Assembly: GCF_009914755.1 (NCBI RefSeq)
Contig: NC_060929.1
Origin: the human T2T-CHM13v2.0 reference genome, Homo sapiens
DNA: 64,000 nt
Direction: 5' to 3' (one strand)
Positions 1 through 13,793 of this stretch are shown here, piece after piece. The translations under genes were made by a program, and so were the position numbers. The notes below the pieces were generated by a model. The model had not been told where the DNA came from, ran no database searches, and saw only the letters and a program-made list of their open reading frames with translations. Each line of letters starts with the position of its first letter. The first letter of the stretch is position 1.

Positions 1-184
<184 letters not shown>

Positions 185-199
185 TCAAAAAGATATATA

Positions 200-560
200 T
201 TTAAACAATGAGAAATTATTTTTGCCCATTGAACTGGTGAATTATCTTATTTATTGGTGTGATAGGTTATGAGAAACTGACATTACTATATACTGCTGCT
301 TGAAGTATAACTTCTTACAAGGGCAATTTGGCAAGATGTGTAAAAACCTTAAATTGTGTATTTTTTCAGCTCAGCAAGTCAATTTTTAGGAATTTATTCT
401 AGGATCATCTTACATATAAGAATGTATGTACAATTGTGCCAGTTGAAGTATTGTTTCTAATAGTGGAATGGTGCAAACAACCAAAAAAACAGTAAAAATG
501 AGATAGTTAAATAAATGAATCAAAAGATATTTGCACTGAAATCTATGCATCAAAATTTGG
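200..560 (+). mobile_element. Old L1 (L1ME-like) 3' fragment
   Basis: Degenerate L1 3' motifs (gggcaatttggcaagatg, tttttaggaatttattct); boundaries approximate. Confidence 0.5.
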
Positions 561-639
561 ATATGCTCAATGTGTCATTTCATAGTCATATTTTCTTTAA
601 CAATGATAAACATGGTTCCATGTTATGGTGAACATCTAT

Positions 640-1189
640 TTTTGGACAACCGCATCTTGGCAATGACATCTTACAGCTCCTTTGGGAAATCACCACTTCT
701 TCATATGGTTTAGGTGGAATTGACATTTACCCACCTCCAGTGACAGAAGCTGTTTGATTTAGGCAAATAATCCTGTAATATCCTCCTGGCCACAGTGATA
801 GGTACAGAGGTGGACACATCATGTGAGAATCCTCCTATCAGGGTGTACTTCATGACTTGCTGGGAACTGCTGGGACAAAGATTATCTTGCTTGTTTTATG
901 AATGTTAATGTGGGAGCAGTTGGTTTCAAAACCATTGGCAGACATATTCATAAGAAGAGAGCCTGAGAATGAAGCTAATGGTGCTAAGTGGTAGTGCTGG
1001 AAAACAATGAGAGAGAAACCTCTTTACACCGTTGAGCCCTCATAAAGCCTTGTCTGAAGCAAATATTCTGTACCATCTCAGACTCTTCAGTATATGAACC
1101 AATAAATGCTCTTCTCCTTCCTACTTTTCAAAGGCCAATTTCGGTAGGGATGTCTGTTTCATGCAATTGAAAGCATCCTAACAGATACA
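640..1189 (+). mobile_element. MLT1-family MaLR LTR
   Basis: Ends tgcaattgaaagcatcctaacagataca with upstream tgaaccaataaatgc, a typical MLT1 3' end. Confidence 0.55.
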
Positions 1190-3491
1190 CATTTCTCTGT
1201 CTTGACATGTAATACATATACATTGGGAACACGCTGATTCAATTCTGGCTAAAAAGCAAATGGCTTAGGATTAAAACTGAAGATTAAAATTCAGCATTCT
1301 GCCGAAGCAGAGGCTATAGCCAGAGATTACAATCATTGAAAGAACTGCTGGAGTATATGAATAAATCTGAAATTCTATGCAAGTGTTTATTATTATGGTT
1401 TCATTGTTAATATTTAATAGTCACATTTTAAAATGTTGTCATTATAACATTGGAACAAAACAGTAGTTTCTCAGAGCTGTCAACTGCTAGACAGCTTTTG
1501 CAGCCACTCTTCTGCACATCTCAATACTAAAGAGAGGGTCACTTTCAACTGGCACATTTAATAATGTCACCAACCATTTGTGCACAAGAGACTATGATTC
1601 AGAAAAAGGTTTCAACAGTGTGTTTTCTAAAAGGAACTTCATACTTAAGATTCATAGCTCTAGCAAATCTCAAAATTCCTTTATCTTTGACTGCCAAAAA
1701 TGAGTGGTAGCTATAGCAATAATTTCAATGAGCTTTTCGTTTAAAATGATAGCTTCTATAAAGAATTGTCTTTGTAGAGAGTTCTTATGAAGTCTGTAAT
1801 TTTGAAATTATATTAGTTAAAACAAATTGTGTAACGTGCCCATTTTTATCTAACAATTCAGTCTATGATTTATACTCTTTATATTTCTCATTACTTCCGG
1901 ATAAAAGATGGTTTATTAGGAATGTAATCATCCATAATTTGGTAAATTTTTTCTCTTGTGAGATTTTAAGATAGTAAAGTTTACATGATAATTTTAATTT
2001 ACCCTCAAAAAGGGTAAAAAATTCCCAAAAAAGAATTTTTTCTTAAAAACTCATGGTTAAAGAGAATTAAATAACTAAATATGAGTTTTATATTATTATT
2101 TAACTTTTTTATAAGTCCATTTTGGTTCAAAAAGATATCATGATCTTCCAAAGTTATCTAGTTAATTCATTCTCTATTAATATTTGCATTAATTCATTAT
2201 TAATATAGTATTAATAATTAATGCTGGTAAATGATTCCCTTTTTATTTAACCTTTTGAAAGCTTAAAACTTTTTAGTACATAAAATTAATAACTTTGGTA
2301 ATCATTTAAAATTATTGTAGCATTTTATTCTCAAATATATATACTTGGAATATTTCTACTAAAACTGTTAGAATTTAAATATAAAAAGCACATAAAGAGA
2401 TTTTCACTTCAGATTACATCTAAATGCTTATGTATATTTTTGGATGAGTATTCAGATTATGTCTTGTTCACATTACTGACATTATTGCTGGTTGGATGTG
2501 ATGGTGATCTGTTCCAGCAGCACAATCAATGGACGAGTTCAAGGTTGCCAGATGGCGAGGAAGTTGGCATTCAGCTATTCAGCTCTTATGCTTGCCAAGG
2601 CCAAGGCCAGAGATGAAACCAAAGAGCAGATTTTGGACAAACACAGAGGCCAAGGCCCAAAGTCTGTGTGTCACATATGTATCATTCTTAGTAGCTAAAT
2701 CTTATGACTGGAGCAGCAGTTACTTAACCAATCTCCCAGAGAAAAGTGTCTGAAAACACATGCCCTGGCGTGACTCACCTCCAGGTGGTGAAATTACAGA
2801 TAATTTTCCTCATTGCTTATCAGTATTTTCCATGTTTTTCTATAATAAACATGCATTACTTGGGTAATGAAGAAAAAACAGGAAAGTTGAAATCGTCTAT
2901 AATTTACGATGAATAACAACAGCAACAACAAAAAGCAAATTTACAAAAACATCACATTAAAAAATAAAAATCCTCAGAGAGGTACACTGGGCAATCCCCT
3001 TTGGTGAAACATTGCCAGGCCTTATGCGAGTCAGGAAGTTTTCCCCAAGATGTATCCTCAATTCCTCTTGCCGTTAGTTAAGCCCTTTCATCAAAGGAGA
3101 AGGGACAGCTGCTAATCCTAGTCTAAATCTACCTCCAGGTCAGTGTTTACTTCCTTCCCTCTGTCTTCTCATTTTTAGGCCAAACTTTCCTTGTAGTGTC
3201 CATTCACCACACCCTCATTCTGAACAATTATAGAATTAAGAGGAAAGGCCCAAATTTCTCCTTCAAGAATGTGCCCCTGTGCTGTGTGATTGCTTCAAGC
3301 CTCATTGGCAGAATAATTAAAAAAAAAAAAAAAGAAGCTTATTAGTTGGAGATAAGCCCTGAAGCCCCAATTTATAGGGAAATCCTAGAACCTAGCAAAT
3401 AAATAGCACCAGAATGGTTAGTACTACTCAATCCTACTCTATACTGGAAAGCTTAGAGGTAGAAAAATCACAGGAGGAAAAAAAGACTACT

Positions 3492-3745
3492 ACATGCACG
3501 CCCACACACACACGCACACACATGCACACACACATGCACACACATGCACACACATGCATACACACATGCACACATGCATACACACATGCACATACACACA
3601 TGCACACACATGAACATACACACATGCATACACATGCACACACACGCACACACACATGCACACATGCACAGACATACACACATACACACATGCACACACA
3701 CATGCAATACACACACGCACACATACACACACATGCACACATACA
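3492..3745 (+). repeat. Degenerate (CA)n/(CACATG)n simple repeat
   Basis: Directly visible; it produces the His/Thr and Cys/Val ORFs. Confidence 0.95.
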
Positions 3746-6269
3746 TTATTTTCCATATATATTCCTTTCCATATTCTCTGCCAAAAAATGCAGGAAAAGT
3801 CATTGCCAAATTGTGTTAGGCTGTTCATTGGAAGGAAGCACAGCCTTTCTTGGGGTGGAAGCAGACAGGGGATGAGGCTCTTGGGGTCTGGCAAATCTTT
3901 CCAGTTAAGGCAGTTAGTTATTCATGGTCTGATCCAGGCAGTGCAAGTTCAAATTCTGGCCATGTCTGTACAGTTTCAAAAACAAAGCAAAGCAAAGCGA
4001 AAATGGTGATCAACTCCTTGTTTTCCAAAATTGTTCCTAGTGAGCGTGGATCTGAGCTTTGAGTATGCAGTTGGGCTTCAGGAAAGAATTGTTGAGATGT
4101 TGCTGGATCAGTTCTGCAAGCCAGTTGCCACTAGAGGAGTCTTTGTGATAACCTCTAGGAACATACAGCTTGGAAGAAACTTAATAAATATCGTCTGTGT
4201 TTACTTGAAGTTTACCCCTTTGTTTAGTCCCTAACCGTATGGAGACAGGTGAAAGTTTGGGCAGGACATAGGAGGCTGAACATAGACATGGTGTTGCTAT
4301 GTTCCTGGCTTAACTCATAAATGGATAAAATAATGAAGTGAACAACTAGTTGAATCAGTTACTCCATAACTGTGAAAGTGCATTGAATTATGACAATACA
4401 TGATATTATGCTTCTGCTGATGGAGTTATGGAATGGCTGTGGATTGAAATCCAAGTTATAACTTTATTTGAAGCATTAAGGGTAAATAATTTTAATTGGA
4501 AAAATTCGGAGCACAAATACTATCCAGTGAATTTGTTCGGCATACACACTCAGTAACTTTAGACCGAGATCCTTTCCTTCTTTGAAATTAGTATTAGAAA
4601 CCTTTGGGCACAATTTAAAAGAACTCAGAAACCTTCTTTCCAGTTCTTTGGTACATTGTTATTTTTCTTAATTTATGTGGGGAGTATAGAGTATATTAAT
4701 TAAAAGCTGCAATTGACTAGATCTAGACCAGCTGTCAGATCTTGGGAAAAGGTCACATCCAAAGCATTCTCCTTTGCTTTAAGCTTTAGACTCAATGCAG
4801 AAGCATGCAGGAGTGGGAAGGAAGATGAATCCATTCAAATCATCGAAATTTGAGTGCCATTCTGCTCAGAATGTTTTAGCCAAATGAATGCATCTGGTTG
4901 TCATTGGCCAATGGGTTTGGTCCCAAGATAGGCTATACCCAAAAATAAGGCTATGCCACCAATGGCTGTTATACCAAAACACAGTGGGATTGTGTCCAGG
5001 AACTGAGCTCCTGGTGCCCCTCAAGCCAGCTTTGAAATGGCTCTGTGGTAACTGCTGTTGTCTAGGGCCCTTAGCTTATTAATGTTACAGGGTTGAGCAC
5101 AACAAAGTCTCTATGCCTTTGCCAAGAGCAAGACGGTTGCTATGGGAGAGGCAGTCTGAGGAGAGGCTCCTAGCTCCTGCAGAATCTTCCAAGGGAAGGC
5201 TGATTAGATTTGACGTACCATTGTCCTCTAGAAACCTAATAAGATGCACATTTTTTTCCAGTAAGTGAGACAACTGTAGAATCCACATTTCATAGTTGTT
5301 CAAAAGGAGATTTCACACACACGAGTGAGTAAATTCATAACTAATAGCCCTTTGGGGGGAAAATTATATTTTCAATTACCATACTCACATGGTCTTTCAC
5401 TTAATCTTGGACACTGTTGTTGGAACTGGGCTAGACGCCAGTTCTCAAAATAGCATAAATTGGAAATATTTAGGCAAGCCTTGTGATATACACTAGGTGT
5501 GTTTGGTTATTGTAACACATTTTCCTTTAGTGCTTTCAAAGTATGTATGATGGATTACGGGGTTTGAGATTATTATAGTAGGTGTCACTTCCCTTATACG
5601 ACATAGCTGGGCTGGAGGTCACAGGAATCGGAACTCACTACTAGCAAAATCAGGTTATATATGACTAATTTGGGGATTGTGCTCAAAAATAACAAAACCT
5701 TTAAGTGGCCTAGAACGCATAAACATTTACTTCATCTGTAAAAGGGGGAGGGTTGATCTTTAAAGTTATTTGCAGCTCTAATATTGTATAACAGATAATT
5801 TTCAGCCCGTTAATTTCAGATGGTCTGTGAAACAGGGAAACTAATGACCACTACCTTGGGCATCAACCTGAGCATTGACATGAGGATTAAATGAATTAAT
5901 GTATGAAAATTACCTACGTTGGTGCCTGGCTCAGGAAGTATTAGAGGCTGCGATTACTGTTTTTATTGGTATGTATTTTGAGACTTCCTTGAAACCAACA
6001 CTACAGATCCTGCACTGTGTATTCTATCTGTAGTGCTTTACGTGCAGCCTGATAGAAAGCATACATTTCTTCCAATAATGTTGCCATTGCTCAGTTATCT
6101 CTGATTTGTCTCTAAAATGAAGACAATTGCAGATAGAATTAAATCAATTGAGAAGGGGTATATGAAATACTTTGTAAATAAAACAGGACAATTCAAATAC
6201 AACAAAAAGTTTTGCGTTGGCTGTTGCTAGCACAGATACCCCCACATTGAAATCTCTCCAATATTCACT

Positions 6270-7133
<864 letters not shown>

Positions 7134-7182
7134 GCTATTTCATATTTATAGCTTATATATATATATAGAAATTTAATATATA

Positions 7183-7310
7183 ATTTTTAATATTGAGATG
7201 GGATTTTGCCATGTTACCCAGGCTGGACTCGAACTCTGAGGCTCAAGTGATCCTCTCATCTTGGCCTCCCAAAGTACTGAGATTACAGGCATGGGCCACC
7301 ATGCCCAGCC
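7183..7310 (-). mobile_element. Alu monomer (FLAM-like)
   Basis: Single left-arm-like unit ending ...caccatgcccagcc. Confidence 0.8.
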
Positions 7311-7941
7311 AGCTTCTTTAAATTTTTTTTTTTTTTTTTGGTTTATTACCTAGAGAAGGCCAAGGGAGTTTGAGTAAGGTTGGAAACTGAGACATTTAGC
7401 TGGGGTAAAAGGCACCTGTCCTTACCAGTCCCCTGGGCTGATTTTAAGTTCCTTGTGCATAAAAAGGATGAGTATCAGAATCAGATGAAACCTTTCTTAT
7501 CTAGTCACAAGAGATGCTTCCAATTAGGTTGGAGTGAAAACTGTCACATGGAGTTGGAGAGGAAACCATCCTCCTCCATCATGTCCCCTGGCCATATGGC
7601 TTGGCCCCCATTCAGCTTCAAGAGGAATTAAAAAATCAGGAGCATCTTCAAGTGGCCCCTGTGGCACAGTTGGGCTTTGGCGTTCTCAGGATGGGCAGTG
7701 GGAGCCATAAGACTTCTTCAGTGGCCTTCCAGGCAGGTGTGAAGAAGTGGGAGCCAGGGTGAATTGCAAACAAGAGAGCCACATGTGAGGAATCTCTTTG
7801 CAGACTCCCAGGGACACTTAGAGGTGTACCTGAAGCCTCTGACTATGCCTCTGAATGAGTAGACGTTTAGGCCACACTGTAGGAGATGGCATTATTTTAT
7901 TTCAGGACCATTTTCACTCATTTGATAGTTACCCGATATTT

Positions 7942-7984
7942 GTCTATGGCCATACCACGTTGAAAGTGCCTGATTTCATCTGAT
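7942..7984 (+). pseudogene. 5S rRNA retropseudogene, first 43 nt only
   Basis: gtctatggccataccacgttgaaagtgcctgatttcatctgat versus 5S GTCTACGGCCATACCACCCTGAACGCGCCCGATCTCGTCTGAT (35/43 by hand); flanking direct repeats at 7923-7940 and 7981-7998. Confidence 0.85.
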
Positions 7985-8114
7985 AGTTAACCAATATTCA
8001 CTGAACTCTTCTTATCAGTTACACAAGAAAATTCATCTTATTCATTTTACAGCCAGTTGTAGCTTTTGCCTTGAACATGTATTAGATTGACCAGTCCCCT
8101 CTTTCACCAGATCT

Positions 8115-8470
8115 GGTGCTATTGTCTAGATCTGCTGAGACAGACACCAAGATGGGATTAGATGTGCAAGGAAAAGCAGGAAGGAAGAAAGGCGAGAAGA
8201 GACTGTATCACAGGTCTGGCATCTGTGGAAGGAGAGAGGGAAGGAAGGAAGGGTGGATGGGATGACTCTCAGACTGCAACACTGTTCCAAGAAATGTTCA
8301 GCCAAGGAGCCCTTGCATCCTATGTCTTGCTGGAAGGAGGCTGTCTTCAGACCTCTCCATGCTCAGTCATTGGTTGGAAGCCACACTGTGGAAGTGTGGT
8401 GGATCCCAGTGGGCAGCAGCTGTGGCCATCAGTTAATTATGCTCTAGCAGCAGGAGATCTGTGTGGTACA
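8115..8470. mobile_element. Old ERVL LTR (LTR16-like)
   Basis: caggtctggcatctgtggaaggagagagggaaggaagg...ctcagactgcaac resembles LTR16-group consensus. Confidence 0.45.
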
Positions 8471-9214
8471 CTTTCATTTGGTAACATCTGGGATCAAAAT
8501 AATTTTGGCTACTTTGAACATCAAATTTAGGTTGAACATTTGAACATTTGCTACAATTGGGAATAGTGAATAAATGCCTGGAAGAAGTCTTATGAAAGGA
8601 GTTAACTATGAGTTAATATAAATCCAGTGGGGCCACTGAGGATGGTTGAGCAGGTTGTGCACTACACAAGGGCATCTGCTAGATGGGGCTAAGGTCTATC
8701 CCCAGTTTGCTCATTAGTCTATGTGACCTGGGCAGAGCTGCTTGTGCCCAAAGAGGTTGTTTTTTCTTATTTGCACAAATGTCAGCCCCAGGAGCTGGTT
8801 GTATTGCATTTATTCAATTACGTGTACTATAGAGTGACTTGTAGAAAGAGGGGCATCTATGTCCACTTCATGGAAATCTATAAAAAAAAAAACTTCTTCA
8901 TTTACCCATAGGACCAAAGACCTAGTCACATCTATGAAAGAACCACCAGCCTCCACCCACTTCTTACTTCAGAGCTTTCTCCAGCCTGGTGGAACCTCTC
9001 CGCCACCCCACAGCCCCCACTCCTACCTTGGAGTCCCTCTTCTATTGGTTCCACTTAGGGCTGCCCTGGTGTGCTACCCCTTCGGCACCAAGACTTACTT
9101 ATGTGTGTCTCATCCTGCACCGTCCTGCCAGCTAGCTCTCCAATAGAAAAATTGTACCAAATAGCTCCACATGGGATGAAAGACTGACATCTCCCAAGGG
9201 AAGAGTAATAGATG

Positions 9215-9410
9215 ATATTTATCCAACTTACTTTGTGCTACTGGCTTCATTTGCAGGACAGTGGGGAAGGGGTATTTTCATCCTCATTTTTCAGGAGGAA
9301 ACCAAGGCTCCAGGGGTTAAACGACTCTGCTGGGGTCACACAGTTACTGAGTGGCTGAGCCAGATTTTGAATCCAGGCCTTTTTGCTACAGATTCCTTGC
9401 TCTTCACCAC
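9215..9410 (-). mobile_element. MIR
   Basis: Core-like cctcatttttcaggaggaaaccaaggctc...ggtcacacagttactgagtggctgagcc. Confidence 0.7.
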
Positions 9411-9717
9411 TGTTCAAGATTACTTCAGCTACAGTCTTCTCACATGGCCCCCTCTGTAAATCTGAAAGTAGGGAAAGCTTCTGGAAAAGAGAAGGGATTT
9501 TGCTCAGTGCTTCTTACATTATGCCACGTAAGTCAGTGTTTCTCAAGACAGTTGTTCAAACAATATTTTTAAATCAACTTAATTGGTCATGAGCAGCATT
9601 TCAAACAATGAAAATACAATACAATGAAAAATGAAGGATCTGAAATAAGAAGTAAAAAAGACAACGCAATTGAAGAAGAAATACCAGAGGGCATTGCATG
9701 TAGAAAATGTGTTGTTT

Positions 9718-10385
9718 CAGGTGCTGGAGAGGATGTGGAGAAATAGGAACACTTTTACACTGTTGGTGGGACTGTAAACTAGTTCAACCATTGTGGAAGT
9801 CAGTGTGGCGATTCCTCAGCGATCTAGAACTAGAAATACCATTTGACCCAGCCATCCCATTACTGGGGATATATCCAAAGGATTATAAATCATGCTGCTA
9901 TAAAGACACATGCACACGTATGTTTATAGCGGCACTATTCACAATAGCAAAGACTTGGAACCAACCTAAATGTCCAACAATAATAGACTGGATTAAGAAA
10001 ATGTGGCACGTATACACCATGGAATACTATGCAGCCATAAAAAATGATGAGTTCATGTCCTTTGCAGGGACATGGATGAAACTGGAAACCATCATTCTCA
10101 GCGAACTATCGCAAGGACAAAAAACCAAACACCACATGTTCTCATTCATAGGTGGGAATTGAACAATGAGAACACATGGACACAGGAAGGGGAACATCAC
10201 ACACCGGGGTCTGTTGTGGGGTGGGGGGAGGGGTGAGGGATAGTATTAGGAGATATACCTAATGTAAATGATGAGTTAATGGGTGCAGCACACCAACATG
10301 GCACATGTATACATATGTAACAAACCTGCACGTTGTGCACATGTACCCTAGAACTTAAAGTATAATAATAATAAATTTAAAAAAA
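9718..10385 (+). mobile_element. 5'-truncated L1PA (PA4/PA5-like)
   Basis: ORF2 3' end, G-rich 3'UTR and A-tail; 18-bp TSD agaaaatgtgttgtttca (9702-9719) / agaaagtgtgttgtttca (10386-10403). Confidence 0.95.
9719..10162 (+). pseudogene. L1 ORF2p C-terminal remnant, frame still open
   Basis: RCWRGCGEIGTLLHCWWDCKLVQPLWK...MFSFIGGN* is the L1 ORF2p cysteine-rich C-terminus. Confidence 0.95.
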
Positions 10386-10774
10386 AGAAAGTGTGTTGTT
10401 TCATGAAATTTTTGCTTCAGTTTAACGTATGTACATATTTATGCATATACTTACTAATGTATATGCATATGTGTATTCATTTGTATGTGAGTGAGTTTTG
10501 TAAAACTGCACAAGCAATGTACTTTCTTTTAAGATTCTGCTACTTGCTTTTTATTAAATCAGGACTTATTTTCACGTGTTTTGTGTTTTATCATTTCATG
10601 CTTCTTTTAAAAATCCTTTTTTTTCTCCTTCCTTGCCTTCTGTTGGATTAATAGAGCGTTAGCTATTCTGCCTACACCACGACCTGTTCTACAATTGGCT
10701 TCTGGTTTAGAAACTATATTGTGTTTCTTTTATTGTAATGGTTACTGAAAATTTTTTAGATATACATACATATA

Positions 10775-10945
10775 CTGTCAGGTATCACTTGACAACAGGG
10801 ATATGTTTTGAGAAATGTTTCATTAGGTAATTTTGTCACTGCACAAACATCATAGAGTGCACTCACACAACCCTAGATGGTATAGCCTACAACATACCTA
10901 GGCTATGTGGTATAGCCTGTTGCTCCTACACTACAAACCTAGCAA
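10775..10945 (+). mobile_element. Tigger3/MER7-type DNA transposon fragment
   Basis: tgagaaatgtttcattagg...cctagatggtatagcctac...ctacaaacct; homologous to the copy at 50169-50496. Confidence 0.75.
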
Positions 10946-11545
10946 TGTACTTTTAACTATGGGCCAAAGTCCAGTGAGTTTGTCTCACATTGACGTGGGT
11001 GCTGGATTCATTTGCTTCTTAGCTTATCTGGCCCTAGTGAAACAGAGAGCCAAGTAGAGAGCTACATTGGCCTAAGCCCACCCCAGCTGTCTGCTCCTGG
11101 CCTTTGCCCTGACTTTTAGGGAAGAAGAGACCCTGCAGTCAAAGCTGGACTCCCAGGGAATATTCTCTTCCTTCTCTGTCCTTCTCTCTCCTTTCGTCAC
11201 ACCCTGAAGGCAGTGTAGCCACTTAGGCCAGCCTAACCAGGTCTTACCCCTGGGGAGTGGGTAGTCCATAAATTTACAGGGTATAAAAAATGTGAAATAA
11301 TTTCTTTTAGAAAGGCTGTGTGACTTAAATATTAGTAGCCTTCACATGAGTTTTTCAGTAGATAGGAACAACTGAGATGCTAGTTAACAAGAAGAATTTG
11401 TTCAATTAGAACACAAGATAACATTTTCATTAAGACCAATCTGTGAGCAGTATTGTGAATTGCAAAGTGAATTTAAGAAAATGTGAGGGTAAGATCACAC
11501 TCTGTCCTAACCATCAACATTCCTTAGTTATGACTCGGTCCGTAA

Positions 11546-11892
<347 letters not shown>

Positions 11893-11984
11893 TAATCATG
11901 AAAGCTAACATTGATTAATACATGGTAACTTATCAAATGAAGACATTCTGGTAAACTCTTTGACATAGATCAATACATAGATAA

Positions 11985-12090
11985 TCCTAACAACCCTATA
12001 AGTTAGATTTTATTATTATCTCCATTTTTTTCAGATGGAGAAATTGAGGCTCAGAGGTTAAGTAACTTGTTCATGGTCATATATTTAAGA
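11985..12090 (-). mobile_element. MIR
   Basis: ccatttttttcagatggagaaattgaggctcagaggttaagtaacttg core. Confidence 0.75.
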
Positions 12091-12112
12091 GCCTACAGCA
12101 AGTTCTATTGGT

Positions 12113-12630
12113 TGGTATGATAGATTGTGAAAATGGCCTCAGTTCTTTCTCAGCTGGATCCACACCCCCTGCAATGTGACTCTGTCACTCCTTCTATAGA
12201 GGGGAGGAGTCTATTTCCCCTCCCTTTGTGTCAGGGCTGGCCTTGTGACTTTCTATGGCTAATAGATGTGGTGGAAGTGACTGTGTGTGCTGTCTAGGCT
12301 TCAGGAGACCGTGATGTCTTCTGCTTTCCAGCCCCTGCCTCCTTCATGGGAACAAGCCTGGGCTGCTCTGCTGGAGGATGATAGGTCACATGGAGCCAAG
12401 GTGAGCCATCCCAGCTGAGGCCATTCGAGACCAGCCAGCCCCCAGCCAACCCACCAACCAACTGACTGCAGACGCATAAGCAAGCCCAGCCACAACTGGC
12501 TGAACCTGGCCCAGATCAGTAGAACTGTCCAGCCAATTCACAGATTAATGAAAAATGATCAATTGGTTTTTTGGCCACTGAGTTTTGGGGTGATATTCTG
12601 CTCCATTACAGTGGCAATAGATAACAGAGA
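12113..12630 (+). mobile_element. MLT1 (F/G/H-like) LTR
   Basis: gagtctatttcccctccc...gggctggccttgtgact and the end gccactgagttttggggtgat...gcaatagataac. Confidence 0.7.
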
Positions 12631-12639
12631 AAGTTGCCT

Positions 12640-13140
12640 ACCCACAGTCATTTCTTCTCTTTTCTTTGAGGCCAAGTAGGCTTCCCATGATGGAGGTTTA
12701 AATGACATACGTTCACTTTTCCATCTTTCTTTGCAATTAGGGTGATGTAGTTCTGGCAGATGTACAGGAAAGTCAGCTTTATGTGGTGGAGGGTTGGGGG
12801 GTGATGGGCCAGAGGGTCATGGTTCTGAGAAACATTTTCCTTCTGAAAAGAAAGAGCCATGAGACAGAGGACTTCCCCTTTCCTCCCTGTCTGCTTTGGA
12901 TGCTATCATTAAAAATGGACACTTGAGCAATAGCAGCTGTCTTGTGACCATGAGGCAACAAGCCTATAAACAACAATTTAACACATCAGGGATGGCAGAA
13001 GGAAAAGCTAAAAAGAGCCTAGCTTCCTGACATTATTCGGCTGTGGGAACAATCCTAGAACTGCCTTGCCTTCTGACTTCTTCACTATTTAAGCTACTAT
13101 GTGTTGATTATTCTGAGTGACACAGTGCAGGAACCTAGTC
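12640..13140 (+). mobile_element. Older MLT1 (I/J-like) LTR
   Basis: gcagctgtcttgtgaccatgagg, ggatggcagaagg and tttaagctactat motifs. Confidence 0.45.
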
Positions 13141-13793
13141 CAACCCTAGGAGCCTAGTTTGTAATCATGATGCTGTACTCAGAAGCATTGAGCACTGTTA
13201 AGATTAAGAGAACCCTGGGCTTTAGAAGCCCAAGTGAGTGTGAATGTGGGCATTGACAAGGCTTAGCGTTAGTAAATACTGGAGTAGAGTCTGGATCCAA
13301 ACCAGGGGTGGGCTGGCACAGTCCCTGGCAAGGATCCTCAGCCTCTTGGATGGACAGCACCACTGAGGCCAGAGCACAAGCTTTCATGCGAGGAGCCAGG
13401 AGGATCACAAAGTCTTTCTAAAGAGTCAAAAGCAGCAGAGTGACAGGAGAAACCACAAACTCAGCTTTAATACTCTGCCCTGCCCTTGTCTCTGAGTCTG
13501 AACCCCAATGTCAACAGAAACCTTTCTAAATTTAAAATTTCCTTCATATTGTTTTGATCCATTAAATTGCCATATTTTGTAATGTTTTTTATCTCAAAAT
13601 TTTTTGTTATGAATCAAATATCTTGAATCATACAGATCCAATGAATTATGAAAGACAGACTTTCTATACACAGAGGAGCCCATATCAGACTTGGCCCTGG
13701 GTCCCACGTTTACTGGTTGTACCATCTCTACAAAGCTAAGCTCAGGGACATTTCTGCCCCTGGCATTCTGTCTGACTTTCTCGCTATTTTCTA

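Noticed and set aside
1190-2480. Non-repeat-looking AT-rich stretch as a possible conserved element
   Set aside because: Conservation cannot be judged from one sequence, and I saw no motif or structure strong enough to report.
3414-4009. Cluster of 90-150 aa His/Thr- and Cys/Val-rich ORFs
   Set aside because: Translation of a stop-free CA/TG simple repeat; the same applies at 43101-43608 and 24933-25222.
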